Source of the DNA: Phoronis australis
Taxonomy: Eukaryota > Animalia > Phoronida
Assembly: GCA_002633005.1 (NCBI GenBank)
Contig: NMRA01000488.1
Location: 160,194 to 224,193, forward strand
Direction of reading: 5' to 3'
DNA length: 64,000 bases
In this document: in pieces, positions 47,939-63,209 of the stretch
Numbering within the stretch: the stretch's first letter is position 1
Layout of the letters: each line of letters begins with the position of its first letter
Notes under the pieces: generated by a model
The model's database searches: none
What the model was told of the DNA's origin: nothing
Seen by the model: the letters and a program-made list of their open reading frames with translations, nothing else
Translations under genes and position numbers: made by a program

Positions 47939-50900
47939 CTGAAATAAAACGAAGAACATTCCACCATTAGTCCAAACAGATCAAGCAGTATCTCGCCTTG
48001 GTAAATCCAATGCCATGCAACTGTGAACAATCAAAAGTGAATACCAGACATTTAATAGCTCGAGATGCTTACAGATCACGTAATGTTTCATTAAAGATTC
48101 TTTCGGCTGCTTCACTAGACTGTGAGGACACGTCAACATTTTGGATTCTTTTGGCAAAGTTCAACCAAAAATTCATTCTTCACATTGAAACAGACTCCTG
48201 TAGCTTGACACTCTGAGAGGCAACTCTTAGGAACTCTTCTACCTTAATTGTGATGCCTGTTATGCACAGGAAATCCAATTTTAGACATATGTATAAATAC
48301 ATCAACTAGTTCACTGACAGTAAGAGTTCAAGTCAAAAATAACATAACCTGCGAAAAACGAAATCCTGGCAATGTGTCGAACAGCCATGAATTTGACAAC
48401 GGACTAAAAAATACCAGATATGTTTCTATATGAAAACAAAAAACGACACATTGGATAGTTGTAAGATGAGTTTGATGTTGCAACTTTTGCATTGAGAGTG
48501 AAATAGTTCAAAATGCTGGTTATGAGGGTCAGTAGTTTTCACAAAACGTTCACAGCATTTCTTATCGCTAAAAACAAGCAATACCAACACTACAATATAA
48601 AGACCTTTTGACATTTACGTGATTTTCAATGTTCAATTTTTTTCAAACGAAAGAAATCCCATGCTTTTGACACTTAAAAGGCGTAACGCTTTACTAAGTT
48701 TGTTGTTATACAATGCATGTTCCTTTTACATCTTGATACGACCTCGCAATAACTGTGTCACGGGTTTGTGCAATAACCCAAAAGGTTATTGAAAAGTCAC
48801 ATGAAACTGTTATTGGACGGGACGAAAAGAAAATTAGCAAAAACATGTGGGTTGAACCTTCAATGTCTGGTATAAATAAGTTGAATTTAACGTACTTTTA
48901 TAAGGCTGGGTTATTAGCCATGGGTGCTGTGGTGAGTTTTTCACTTTTCATTTTTGTGCCCAGAAATAGTGCTTCCAATTGCTTTCTGGGTTTTCTCCAA
49001 CATATTTTTCAGAATAATTCTTTATAAAGTATTTTCACTTGGCGTTTGGACTCATGAAAATACTTCTTTGGTCCAGCACCCTTGGGTAATAAAATCACCC
49101 GTATAAAAACGCGTGTAGTTCAACGTACGTGAGTCCCGTATTGGGTTTCAAACCATAATCACGAAAACCCTCAAACATAACAATGGCCAGAAAATAATCT
49201 ATGGAAATTGCTCCAACATCAAAAATCAAATCAAGGATACGAATAGGAAGATTGCCTTACTGTGACCCAAAACATTTACACAATATTGACGTCAGCAGTC
49301 ATTTTACATTGCTATTTCTGTTTGCAACACAGCAGGGCGCTCTTCCATCTGCTGTCCTATTGCATATTACCTACGATTGCACACTGATTAAAATCATTGA
49401 TCAGCGACACAAAATCATTTTTACCTATTTGATAGATTGGCTAACCAAGAGTTGGAGTAGTTATAGTTGACCACAAACATTCAATGCTGAATCAATAACT
49501 TGCCATTCTGATCTCAACACCTGACTGCAGCTGCAGTAATGTAAACAGTAAAAGAAATGCTTCAGGAAAAGGACCCTGATTACTTCCATACAAGGGTGAT
49601 TAAAATGTGGTTTTCAAAGCAAATTACTTTGCTGTACTCAGGTTTCTTAGAATTAAAATTAAAAAGTGATCTGATATCGCCTGTGAAACACTTTCTGCTA
49701 ATCAATCATAATGAAGGGCACAGTGACCTTCAAATTGGGGCTTTTCAAAACACAAAAAGGGGTGGCAATGACGTAGACGGATCTGTTCCCCGCTGGGTTT
49801 GGTTTTTCCGTAACAGTGGTCTATACAGTCTACATTAATACTAATCGACACGTGACTTTATTGAGACAATGATCTCTGCACATCATACAATGATAGGTTA
49901 AATGTATATCGTATCAGATCTAAAACTCAAACAAGGCAAAATATTTTGTCCAAGAGATAGAAAAAAATGATATCTTCACCAACCTGCGACTGTTAACTCG
50001 TGTTAAATGTTATAGTAATGTTTGCAATCGAACCTCTAGCTGACTAGCAATCAGGGCGTTATGACAAGTACTGTTATCTTTGCACAATGAGGGAATTACC
50101 CAATACACCATAACAGATACTGGTGCACTAATGATCATACAGGAACCTATCAACATGTTTACACATTAAACCTACAAAATTACAGACTTTTAAAACAGTG
50201 AATAAAGCATGATATCTGAAAGTTTCGTATGAATCCAATTGGCCATTTTTGAGATATGATCTTCAGAAGTTAGTCAAATTTGGACATTTTTCTAGAGTCA
50301 CGTACAAACTTAATGCAAACGGTCCAATAATGTGACTCCTTCCTTTCATTTGTGAATAACCTATTAAAGGGTTTCATTGGACTTCTTCATCATCATCATG
50401 ACTCATACATGTACAGACAACAAACTTACATTGGGAAAAACAAAGCTTGCCTCCTGCTGACAAAAAAGCCGCCAAATTCTCCAATGACTGGAATTACATT
50501 TTTGGAAGACAAGGTGTTTCTCCAAACCGTATAATTAGTCAAACAAATAGAACCAATCACCTGTTCTTGCTTTTAAAAGGTCACACCATACTTCTGTTAG
50601 CTACATTTTACCTGAGAAACCTGTAGTTAATCACACGGCTTGACTTCTAATCTCTTTTATACCAACACTTGGCAAAGCATTGCTCACCAAAAGCACTCTT
50701 TCGCAAGATCATCTTACTTAAAAGTTTGAAACTGATGAAACAATATACCTCCAGTGTACGAAGGTATATTGTTTTAGTCGAAAACTGAATGTGATTAAAA
50801 GGTCATAGAAGGATAATTGAAATATTAGAACGTTTATGATAACAAATTTGTAGCAACGTAATTATAAACAGATAGCTAGAAACTGTTTTACAAGTACTTT

Positions 50901-52282
50901 AAATATTAAAAACTAAAATTTAAAAATAAGAGATAAATTTTGTAATTTCAAAGTGAGAATACTTGGTCATTAAAACGCAATTTCATAATCAAATATTTTT
51001 TTAGGAATATGCTATTATCTGAAATCGAAAAAAAACAAATAAATTCATTTTGCTCTGCTTCATTTAGAAACTGAATAATTGCAATACTGACAACACAAAC
51101 AGTTTGCAGTATTGCCTAATTTTCAAGGTTTATCGAATTGGAAGATCTTGCCTTTAGAGAATTTCTTGATAACAATCAAAATGTCAGAATACTTAAAAAG
51201 TTGGCAAAAATTGCTCATTATGAAGACACTCAAATATACGTTAAATGCACACTCGTTTTGAAAGCGTCCAACTGAACAGGACTGCACTGTGATTCACAAA
51301 ACAAAAACTGAAAGCAACTGAGAATTAGACCCTACCTTCACAAAGATCGACAGACATTCTGAAAAACAAACGGAGCACCACATCTCTACCGTAGACTGTA
51401 ATTTGATGCCGCAAATCTTCAATGCAAACTCTACAAAGCTATTTCCCCTGGGCACTAGGGACTGAGGGTTTTGAATAACTTAATAATCGGAGTCGTATTC
51501 CCACAACAAGCCAACAAGAATGCGGCAGCTATGTTCTCGCTATGTAGTTAAATCCATAGGCCCAAAAACATCTGTTCGGACATTGCACGCTTTTCACTAT
51601 CACTGACAGACTAATAAGTAAATACGATACAATGCAATTTACACCGTTAATGGTTAATTAGTTTACACTGTAAACAGCAGTGATAGTTCAGAATCCATTG
51701 TGAAAGGTGAGAAAAAAAATAGATGCCCTGTGTAGCTGTAGGGATAATGAGGGCATAACTCTCTACATGACTCCCCTACCAAAAAAGCTTTCCTGCTGTC
51801 AATTCGTGAAATTTGAATGCGTGATCTTCTTTTAAGAACCTCATTGAAAGAGTAAACCTTCATCATACAGTACGACTTAAAACGGGAGAAGCAAAAAATG
51901 TTCTTTCAAGTCACTAAGTTTCAAAGACTTTTTTCTTCAACACGCCCATTTTTCTTAATCCTTTATTTCAAAGAAGGCTTCAATGTTCTCAATAAATCTG
52001 ATACCCTTCTTGTTCAAGTAATCAACAAACAACTACCAGCCTAAAGACATAGTTCACTTTGTAATTTGTTTTTTTAAGTTTGACAAATACAAAATATGTA
52101 GTCATAACTTCATTCCACATAAAAATAAAGTTTATTAAACTCCTTGCGTGTTCATGTCGTTAAGTTGTATTAATTTCAAATACTTTGAAGTTTTCACTGT
52201 CATTAAATGTTGCTTTTGGTCAACTTCCAATGATAACTTGTGCATTTGATGCTCTTTCAAAACATTGTACAAGACATTGGAG

Positions 52283-55200
52283 TAGAACGAGACCTAATTG
52301 TTTGCGTATACACTTTTGAAAATTGTTCTTAAGGTTATCTCAAACCTTATTTAGTGGTCTCCATTCTAACTTGTATATTAAAAATAAGCTGAGTCAACTA
52401 GTGAAAAGACCCGTTTAGACATCAACTTTTGGCCCGTCGCAACTGATATGGAGCAAATTGATCGGTGTCAAGCGTCAGTTTACACACAACTCACTAACTG
52501 TGGCAAGACGGAAATTGTAGGCTGGAAAGTGTGTCACACATGCGCAGGTTTACAAATCACGGGAGTTGAAAAGACAAAGAACCCGTATTGAGGTCATTAC
52601 ACAAGCGCAGTAGAGATGATCCTTTCCGCATTGCCCCAGTTTCGCGTTTAGACACATAATTGACACGGAGCAAGATGTTTTAGTGCAAATTGCTCTACCT
52701 CAAAAACGGGTAGCAAAAGTTGTCACCGCGGTGTCAACTTGCTCCAGTTCAGTCCCGTTTGCGCACATACTTGCACTGGAACAATTCGTTCCGTGTCAGC
52801 TGATCCGTGTCAACTTCTGTAGTGAAAACAGCACTATGGCACTATCATATATATGCTTTCAGTTTATCCCCAAGCCATAGCCAATATGGTTACCTGGTCT
52901 ACCGTATTACCGGTATTCACCTGGGCTAAAGGTCCTTTGTGCACCAGTTTGGTTATTGGCCAATTAGTGGTTGAAGCCCATGCGCTATACTGATTTTTTA
53001 GAGTTAGCTGTCACTCCAAGTGTACTGCACAGTGGTATAAAGAAAAGGATTTTCAGACGGGTCAAAATGACAACTACAATTTTTAATAAAATTCTTTTCT
53101 AATGAAAATGTGAATGAAGAGTCAAAAGCTTAGGACTAGGCAGAAATGATAAATACGCAAAAATCCAAAATTCAGCATAAAAATATACATCTCAATGAAC
53201 AAATGATAGAATATCAATCTTCAAATCCTCAGTTAAACCAGAAAGATGTGCACACGGCACAATTCAGTATTTGTCAGGAATTTCAGCAATTGCAGTTAAT
53301 TTTGCAAATAAACAGAAAACGACGATTGCACACTTGACTAATTCCACGATGGAATCTCCATTTGTTACACTCCATATTTTCCAAACACGGCTCCAGGGTT
53401 GTTTCATAAAAACTGAAATTTGGTGTTCCATACAACTATTTCTGAATAATAATCAAATTTAACTTTAGCAAAAGTGCAGCCTCAGAGAATATACACATAA
53501 CTTCTTCTTACTAGGATAATTTCTATGAATTATTTCTAGAATGCGATAAGATGATAATTACAATTCAATCATTCACACAACCTTATACCAACTCTACTGA
53601 CAGAGCATTGACACGAACCAACCAGAACATGGCAGATACAAGGTAACTGTAAAGCTAAATCTGCCACTATGAACACGGCGGTAGTCACATCAGAAAGAAT
53701 TTGTCATGTGTTGCGAGCTTTATAGAAACACATCCGCCAAATTTCATGAAGATCTTGCAAAGGATTTAGAAGATACAGTAGTGGATGCCAGATGGACAAG
53801 GGATACCAGAAACGAGATGCTGGACACAAGACGCCGGACACTGAAAACCCAGATTTGCCCGAAGCGTGAGGACGCGAACAAAGATGCTGGAGGCACGTTG
53901 CAGCTGATGTTCTATGAAGTGCTAATGTACTTGCAGTTGCACCTGTCTTATTGCCTACAGATGTAATTAAACAGTAATTTAATACAGCTTTGGGCTATGG
54001 TCTAATTCAATGATTCAAGTATCTTTTTTAAGCAGACGACAGGGTCCTTGATGTCCCATTCCCCTCCGAAAAATATTTAACAACTGTTCGAAATTCTCCG
54101 CATCATGTCCAATTCCCCCACATAGATTGAAAAATTCCCTCGAGGATAGAATCACTTGAACACACACACACACACACAGATTGGCTTCAGAACGTTTTCT
54201 TCACTACAAATATCCAATTCATACGCATGCTACAGTTTACTGTCACAACGGGATAACTGAATCTGTATTTAGTTTATCTGAAGTACAGGGCTGATAATGG
54301 TAAAAATCAACCACTTTCAGACAGTGAAAAATAAGTATTCAAATCAAAAGATTNTAGAACGAGACCTAATTGTTTGTGTATACACTTTTGAAAATTGCTC
54401 TTAAGGTTATCTCAAACCTTATTTAGTGGCCTCCATTCTAACTCGTATATTAAAAATAAGCCGAGTCAACTAGTAAAAAGTCCTGTTTAGACATCAACTT
54501 TTGGCCCGGCGCAACTGATATGGAGCAAATTGATCGGTGTCAAGCGTCCGTTTACACACAACTCACTAACTGTGGCAAGACGGAAATTGTAGGCTGGAGA
54601 GTGTATCACACATGCGCAGGTTTACAAATCACGGGAGTTGAAGAGACAAAGAACCCGTATTGAGGTCATTACATAAGCGCAGTAGAGATGATCCTTTCCG
54701 CATTGCCCCAGTCACGCATTTAGACACAAGAGCAAGATGTTCTAGCGCAAATTGCTCTACCTAAAAAACGGGTGGCAAAAGTTGTCACCGGGGTGTCAAT
54801 TTGCTCCAGTTCAGTCCCGTTAACACACATACTTGCACTGGAACAATTCGTTCGGTGTCAGCTGATCCGTGTCAACTTTTGTAGTGAAAACGGCACTATG
54901 GCACTATCATATATATGCTTTCAGTTTATCCCCAAGCCATAGCCAATATGGTTACCTGGTCTATTATTCACCTGGTCTAAAGGTCCTTTGTGCACCAGTT
55001 TGGTTATTGGCCAATTAGTGGTTGAAGCCCATGTGCTATACTGATTTTTTAGAGTTAGCTGCCACTCCAAGTGTACTGCACAGTGGTATAAAGAAAAGGA
55101 TTTTTGGACAGAGGGTCGAAATGAAAACTACAATTTTTTAATAAAATTCTTTTCTAATGAAAATGTGATTGAAGAGTCAAAAGCTTTGGACTAGGCAGAA

Positions 55201-56407
55201 ATGATAAATACGCAAAAATCCAAAATTCAGCATAAAAATATATATCTCAATAAGCGAATGATAGAATATCAATCTTCAAATCATCAGTTAAATCACAAAG
55301 ATGTGCACATGGCACAATTCAGTATTTGTCAGGAATTTCAGCAATTGCAGTTAATTTTGCAAATAAAGAGAAAACGACGACTGCACACTTGACTAATTCC
55401 AAGATGGAATCTCCATTTGTTACACTCCATATTTTCCAAATACGACTCCAAGGTTGTTTCATGAAAACCGAAATTTGGTGTTATGTTCCATACAACTATT
55501 TCTGAATAATAATTAAGCTTAACTTTAGCAAAAGTGCAGTCTCTGAGAATATACACCTAACTTCTTCTTACTAGGATACTTTCTATGAATTATTTCTAGA
55601 ATGCGATAAGATGATAATTACAATTCAATCATTCACACAACCTTATACCAACTCTACTGACAGAGCATTGACACGGACCAACCAGAACATGGCAGATACA
55701 AGGTAACTGTAAAACTCAATCTGCCACTATGAACACAGCGGTAGTCACATCAGAAAGAATATGTCATCTGTTGTGAACTTCATACAAACACATCCGCCAA
55801 ATTTCATGAAGATCTTGCAAACGATTTAGAAGATGCAGTAATGGATGCCAGATGGACAAGGGATACCAGAAACGAGATGCTGGACACAAGACGCCGGACA
55901 CTGAAAACCCAAATTTGCCGGAAGCGTGAGGACGCGAACAAAGATGCTGGAGGCACGTTGCAGCTGATGTTCTATGAAGTGCTAATGTACTTGCAGTTGC
56001 ACCTGTCTTATTGCCTACAGATGTAATTAAACAGTAATTTAATACAGCTTTGGGCTATGGTCTAATTCAATGATTCAAGTATCTTTTTTAAGCAGACGAC
56101 AGGGTCCTTGATGTCCCATTCCCCTCCGAAAAATATTTAACAACTGTTCGAAATTCCACGCATCAGGTCCAAAAATTCCCCCACACAGAGTAAATAAATT
56201 CCCTTGAGGTTAGAATCACACACACACACACAGATCAGCTTCAGAACGTTTTCTTCACTACAAATATCCAATTCATACGCATGCTACAGTTTACTGTCAC
56301 AACGGGATAACTGAATCTATATTTAGTTTATCTGAAGTACAGGGCTGATAATGGTAAAAATCAACCACTTTCAGACAGTGAAAAATAAGTATTCAAATCA
56401 AAAGATT
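52283..56407. repeat. ~2.06-kb direct duplication joined by a single N
   Basis: Copy 1 is 52283-54353, N is at 54354, and copy 2 is 54355-56407. The copies are colinear with scattered substitutions and small indels; each contains a HINE monomer remnant and a (CA)n tract. Confidence 0.95.
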
Positions 56408-57719
56408 GGAGCTTGTACCAAATTTCAAAAAAAAAAATATATATTGTTTGTCTCAAATTCAAGGATTACCATTACAGACAAACCTCTGGGGAGGCATGAA
56501 ATCGTTGCGCAGGTGGCTACTTTCTACAATTTTATGAACTCCAATGAGTCTTATTTACAGATTCTGTTGATCACAAAATACAGTTTCCAATATTTGAAAA
56601 ACAAGACAAACGCCAAAATTAACTAAGTCCCAATTATCAGAATCAAGAAAATTGGGCTGAATTTCCGTGTCCCAAATTTTAGACTCTTTCCCACTCAAAC
56701 TAGAGAATTTTTACACAGTAGTGAGCCAATCATTTGTGAGAGTTCATAGTTCACTACCTGACAGTCCAACTCCTTGGAGCTAACCCATTACCAAGAAAAA
56801 AACATGGAGTATTGGTGGTGACGGGGAGGGGGGTTTTCCTCTCACCTGATAAAAAAACTCAGAAGGCAAGAACACCTTTGCCCTGAATGATGACACTTTT
56901 CCCCAAACTTGTGACTATTTTTTCAAACAGGTCGCAGGCCATTCAAGGGTGTCTGAAGTGCCAGCAAAAAGGCTGCAAACAAGTCACAGCAACACGACAC
57001 GACACGACACATGTTAAAACAGGTGGTGAACACTGGATGTAAATGTATGCAATCCATAACGGCAGAATCAATATTTACAGGGTGCTGCCAATGATGAAGG
57101 GGTCATAACCTTTTTAGATGAGGAGAGCAAGGACAGAACATTGCTCACCAGATGGAAGCACTGGCAAGGTAAAGTCAAGCCCACACTTACGTTTTGAACA
57201 AATGGACTTTGGTTTCACTGGCATCACTAAAATTAAGAGCTTCTCACTTTCTTGACCATTTTTTCTGGAATTCCCTCATGAACAAGGAAAAATAAGGAGT
57301 GGCGAACCTAGTGTTGCCGCGTCTGAAATGCGGTACGGTAAAAGGTAGGGTTTATATTGGCAGGGTGCAAGCCAAATTCACAATCAAAGTGTGGTAAAAA
57401 GTCTACAGTTTGTGACAATCTCTAAAATTAGGGAAATCGAAATTTAAGGTGATTACAGCATTCATTAAGTTTAAGATACCGGATATTGTGTTTTCGAACA
57501 GAACCTGACAATAAACTTGGCAGGAATCATAAAATTTCAATGCAAAAAATAGCCACAGATGCAAAATTATCATGCATCCCCGTAGTTTGTAACGTTGAAG
57601 CGAACGATCCATTTTTTGTTGATCGTAATTCTTAAATTAATAAAGTATACATGCAAAAAGCAGAATGATTGTACTTGGTTGGACCTTCTTTCAATTGTTT
57701 ACAGTCATCACAACTGAGA

Positions 57720-57940
57720 GGTGGGGCGGTCGTGCTTCGATCCCGACGGTCATGTTCGGTCCCCAGCGGGCCAGTTTTGTGGTGGGTGGTCATGTGTTTA
57801 GATGTATCAGTCCCATTTTCTAGTCTATAAGTCCAATTTGATCCCCAAGGTCCTGTTTTGTGGTGAGTCAGTCAGACTTGGAGGACCCGTGGCCTTGTTT
57901 TGGGTCTGGCTGGTCTTGTTTTGGGTCTGGCGGTCACCCA
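57720..57940. repeat. Interspersed repeat, copy 2
   Basis: Same family as 34056-34220. Confidence 0.75.
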
Positions 57941-60900
57941 TAAATTTGGGACAACCAATATTGCCTATTACTAAACTTTGGTCCAAGCTCTGACCTTGCG
58001 CAAAATAATAAAATTTTTCACTGTACCAAACTGGAGAGAGTTTACCATAGATTTTCCACCGTGAAGGTCTGCAAAGTTAGGAAGGTAGAAAAAATTTCTG
58101 ATAATATTAGTATTCTGATTGGTCGTTGTAGGTAACTATCTTATACACATGTAGGGCAAACTAGTGAAAACAACCCTTGCAACAGCAGACCTGCAAAGTC
58201 AACATTATTTGACCCCCTTTTTTACTAAGAATATTGAAGAAAAACATCTTTCTGAAGGCATCAACGCTACACTAACAAATGAACAACTCTGATTCTAGGT
58301 TTTACTTCGGTTTAGTGAGCACAAGCTAAAGACCAAGCAGATTGAATAATTTACTTACTCATACTTTCATTCAAGGCACAACATAAATAATTAATCATGT
58401 AAAAAGAAATTCAATACATACCTATGATTGGTATTTGTTACTCCTCTGTTAAATTACAAACACAACTTTTAACATTCACTCAGCAGGTGAGGATGTAGGA
58501 GCATACGTTAATAGCTGAGTTAGGTACAAAATAAGAAAAACTTGTATTCAACATCTTACAAATAAAGTAGAAAAAACATTGCTCCCTGTTAAATAACAGA
58601 TGTCAATCTGACAGTCCAGCTGTGGGTTTATGACACATCAACAGCGGATTCATCAACACCTACCATTATATCATGGGAGACAAACTGCTCCAAAAAGGAA
58701 GAGATTTTCACATGATCGTCACATCTCAACAACATTCTCTTGCTACAGCTTTGGCACATTCAAAGACTTGTCGTCAAAGGATTGCTATGTTTAAAAATAA
58801 ACTTTTATTCTTTAGGCCGAAAACTAAATGTTTTCTTGTTTCAAGCATTGGTCACGAATAGATTTCCACAGGAATTCTACTATGAACAACTGCATCCTAA
58901 ACAGAATGTGTCAACTATTTGAGAACTATCAGTTAAGTTGGACAGTTGAGCTTCTAAAGCTTGGTATGAAAACATAATGACTCATGTTTTATACATGAAT
59001 CTCTGCCTAAAACAGGATCATATGAACTTCATCGGGTCAGACTGTCTAGACTGTTTCTCAGAAAATGATTTGAAAATGGTGCAACTGGATACCTTGAGGG
59101 CAGATCCAAACAATAGTTTTGGAATCTCTGCGTGGTTACCCTTTATGAAATTTAATTGATTCCACAAAATAAGTTTATTTATAAATATATTAATAATAAA
59201 GAAATGGAGCCGGGCTATGTACTGGCAAATGCAACAAATTAAAACGAATATTACAATTAGCTCACTGCCAACCACTCACAGAAAGCATGAGAACAGTAGC
59301 AGTACAGGAGACTTCAAAAACTATGCAAAGGTCTCCCCAGATAACTATCAACCTTAAGGATCATTTTTGCCAACACTACTTATATCGAAATCATAAATCT
59401 GTCTTTTAAATGCCATCGTAAAATTACAATTAAACAGTATGTACGGAAATACTCAACCACCATTTTGGATTCTTCTGAATGGACAATCGTAGAAGGAGAA
59501 AATTGACAAAATCACTTGACGTCCCAACAAACACTAATTACGGTAGGAGCTCACACGATGGTCAAAAAGTAGCATCTCAATTTTCAACTACCATTTCGAA
59601 TTATAAAATAATTAGCTCAAATGTCCTCAAACAAACAGTTCGGGAACACCCCGTTGCGCTATAAGGCTAAAGTTCTACCATAGCTACATTTATTTGTAGA
59701 CGCCAGGCATGGTATGTCCGGCTAGATAAGACACGTCAGGCGGGAAAATGTAATATAAAAGAAACCAAGTATACACTGAAATGACATCAATGACATTTTA
59801 TTACAAGGAGATTATGGTTTTTGGAGTTCATGACATCATATCGCCAAGAAAACCAATATAAGAACTAGCCTTAAATTTCAATACTTCAACAATGAACGAC
59901 AAGCACATCAGGCAACCAAAATGGCAGGACTTATATTTTTAATAGTCTCATAGTGGCCATGTAATATATTGTCACTTTATAACTTAAAAAAGTGGTAATA
60001 TTTTTTAAAAACATTAAGATAAGGAATCATAAGACATTATAATCTATTGCCTGACTTCTAACCAAACATGAAATTGAATGTGGACTAGTCAAACAATCTA
60101 CTAAACTAATACACTACCAAACCTGTAAGAGCCGGACATTCCAAGTAAGAGCAACTGGTTCTCATGTAACTCAAAAGCAATCTCTAACAGTCCAACAAGC
60201 ATCACTATTCTTACCCAACAAAATAGAAAATAACCACTGCTAAAACACAACAACCACATTTGAACACAACTGAAATAAAGCAACGTAGCTAACTCAATCC
60301 TTAAGTCCAGTAATTGATTTATTTTTCATATTATGAAATTAAAGCATTTTAGTCCAAGATATTTTGGTAACCTGATGCGCGGTTAAATTTTAATACATCT
60401 TAACAAAATGACAGGGTGGATTTCAGCAGAAAAATCTCACCAAAATCACGGGTCCTCATTTAAAACGCACAGTAATACCGTTCTCCAGTAATCTCGTTAA
60501 GTCTTGCTTTTCAAGCGAGGTCCTTGCGAGGTCCAAGTGTTATTGATCTCTACCTAGGTCTCGTCGCAACGCTACTGAATGCTAACAAACTCACTAAACT
60601 GTTATGTAAGTGCACATACATTTCCAACAGAATAAGTCAGCAAGCAGTAGAGTAAAATCATTCACTAAAAACTCACTGGATGCTTCAGTCTATCTGGTAA
60701 TAGTATCCCTACTTATCATGAAAACTGGTTCACTGCACATCAAAGGCTCAGGTACAGGTATTTAATGGGTCACCAGCCTCTGATTTCCACCAACATCCTG
60801 TTCCACCTCTCTGATCATTGTATTCATACTTAAATACACTGCCTGCGTTCAAATAAAGAACTCAAGGTATCTATAGATGAACAGGTAAAATCCATACTAA

Positions 60901-63182
60901 CCAAGATAGGTGTTGTCAAACGATGCTGTAGGCAGTCAATCAGCTGAAAGAGACTACACCACCAGACTCAACAGATCAGGATCATAGACTGTTCTGGTCT
61001 TGAAAAAGTCTTGGGTATAAACTATGTGTCAATAGGATTGTGTGCCAATCAATAGCTCAGGTACAATACATGTGCCCAGTGGCAGAGCAGTGTATAGGAT
61101 TGGGTCAATACACACTCAGTAGGCCTATTCTTATGCTAAGCAACTGATAGCATTCAGAGCAGTGTCTGAATAGAAAAACAATCCCAGTCAATGGGCCAAC
61201 CTTCAGGCCTTTATCAGCTCAGCAGTGTTTGGCCAATGAAACAGTTATTGTGAAAACATGGCATAACAGTTGGTAATAACATATATGGAATGTTTGAAGG
61301 TGGAATACTAGAAAGAATTCGCAGTGCTTTGGATCCATTCATCCAAAGCTGTTTTAATGTTTAGTATTCATAAGTGAATAATGTGTGCCATGAAAAGCTT
61401 TTTTGCACCTCACCAAATGGCGCAGAAAGCCAGGCAAGCTTTTAGTTACAAGGCTTCAATAAAATAACAAATCAATTCACCAAGAATTACATTTAACAGT
61501 AAATGCTGATAATCGACAGGAATTTGTGAATGCTTTTTTACCCTTCATCCCGCGATAAAAATACCAAGCCCGCTTTTAAGCTACATGGCTGCCATAGAAG
61601 AATAAATCTATTCATGAAAAATTATATTTAGATGCAGTTAATGGAGTGTAGAATTTCTGCGGCTGTTAACTGACGGTGGTCTCACAGTTACACTAATGGG
61701 GATAGGTTTGTAAGAACAAGATATATTTATACAGTTATAGCCTACTAACTAGTAACTACTAAATACATAAATTAGGTTACACAATGAAACAAAATGTGTG
61801 TCCATAGTATGGTAGACAACAATCTCTGTCCCTTAAACACATTATTCAGGCCATTGGCAAATAAAGTCAAGTGACAAGGCTGGCCAACACTTCCAAAACT
61901 TATTCACATCATATATGTCCTTTCTTACTAAAATTTCTTTTGACAGTAGAAATCAATTACTACAATTACCAGGTTGTTGATAATCAGCCAATTGCACAAT
62001 TTTCCTGTCAAACCAATAATAAAGAAATGCCCCCTAACACCCCTTCACAGATGACCCTTTTATTTTTCATCTTCACTTATTCCGACTCATCTAACTTCAT
62101 TTACTTTTTATTTTTACTTTATTTTGTTAAGTAATGGTCAGGTGACACTGCAGTTTCTATCTTCCCATTGCTTAAATCTTTGACACCAGAATTCCAACCG
62201 TATTTTGTAAAGACCTGCCATGATGACCAACCCAGGGCTAAAACCTGAGCCAGCATTTGTTGATTTAGGAAAACCCCATAGTTGAACGATCTCAAGTAAC
62301 AGTAGTAGAAGTTTAATTATTTATATTTAAACAAGCCGTCCTTCTGGTAAGAACTGCATAAAAGCAAAAAGACATCCTGGGATATTCAAACTTTAATAGA
62401 ACCATGGCCCAAATGAATGGAAAATAGCCACAATCAATGTCCATAAATTAAGAAAGGCACATGTCAACTCATAGAAATAATTATTGCTATTAAACCCCAG
62501 GCACAGTGGACATGCCACAGGTCAATGACTGGGAAAATGTTGCTCTTGACAAAGACATAAAGACACACATTGAAATGCACCTCAGAAATGTCATGAGTGT
62601 GAAAAGGGCAGAATCTGAACCTGTTCTCCCTTGCTGTTCAAATGTAGCATAAAGTCACTCATTAAGGATTTCAAGCACCCATTTGGCCCAGAATTAGCAT
62701 CATTAGAAGAGTGACACAGACTAAGGTCATTTACTGGAGCAATTGTTATGATTGCTGACAGAATATAACTGCAGCTGCTATTATCCTAGGCAAAATGTAT
62801 TCATTTGTTTGCAATCAGTAATACTTTTCGTTTTTCACAAAAGTACAAGGGATGCCTTTGGGCTAATACTAATCACTTCAGAAGTGTTTTAAACAGATTA
62901 AGTTCATATTTCTCAGGCAAATAAGTACCAAAATAGCACTTTCCAATTCTTAAAGGCCGACTATGGGTACTGATATCAACTGAGTTTTATTACACCTGCC
63001 TACTATTGATCATGCATTTTAATCAAGTATAAGGTTCTTAATCTTAATGAAAATTTTAGTTGAGAAACTTACCAGAAAATACCACCCTGCTATACACATA
63101 TTACAGGAAGAATTTATTAGAATCATCCAAAACGCCTGGTCTGAGAAAGCTTGGTGTAGAGATCATGAAAATTTCAGCGTAC

Positions 63183-63209
63183 CTTAAACCCCAATCCATC
63201 CATAGCCAT
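63183..63209 (-). CDS. Candidate first coding exon (MAMDGLGFK) of the MISP/AKAP2-like gene
   Basis: ATG GCT ATG GAT GGA TTG GGG TTT AAG|gtacgc; the phase-0 donor is compatible with the exon starting at 47938. No homology support. Confidence 0.25.

Noticed and set aside
50732-50784. Hammerhead ribozyme (CTGATGA followed by a 13-bp hairpin)
   Set aside because: GAAA does not follow the stem directly and there is no stem I or III; it is more likely a transposon terminal hairpin.
53146-56026. Duplicated small ORFs (MINTQKSK..., MDARWTRD...) as a tandem gene pair
   Set aside because: They recur only because of the 2-kb duplication, have no domain features, and one overlaps a HINE remnant.
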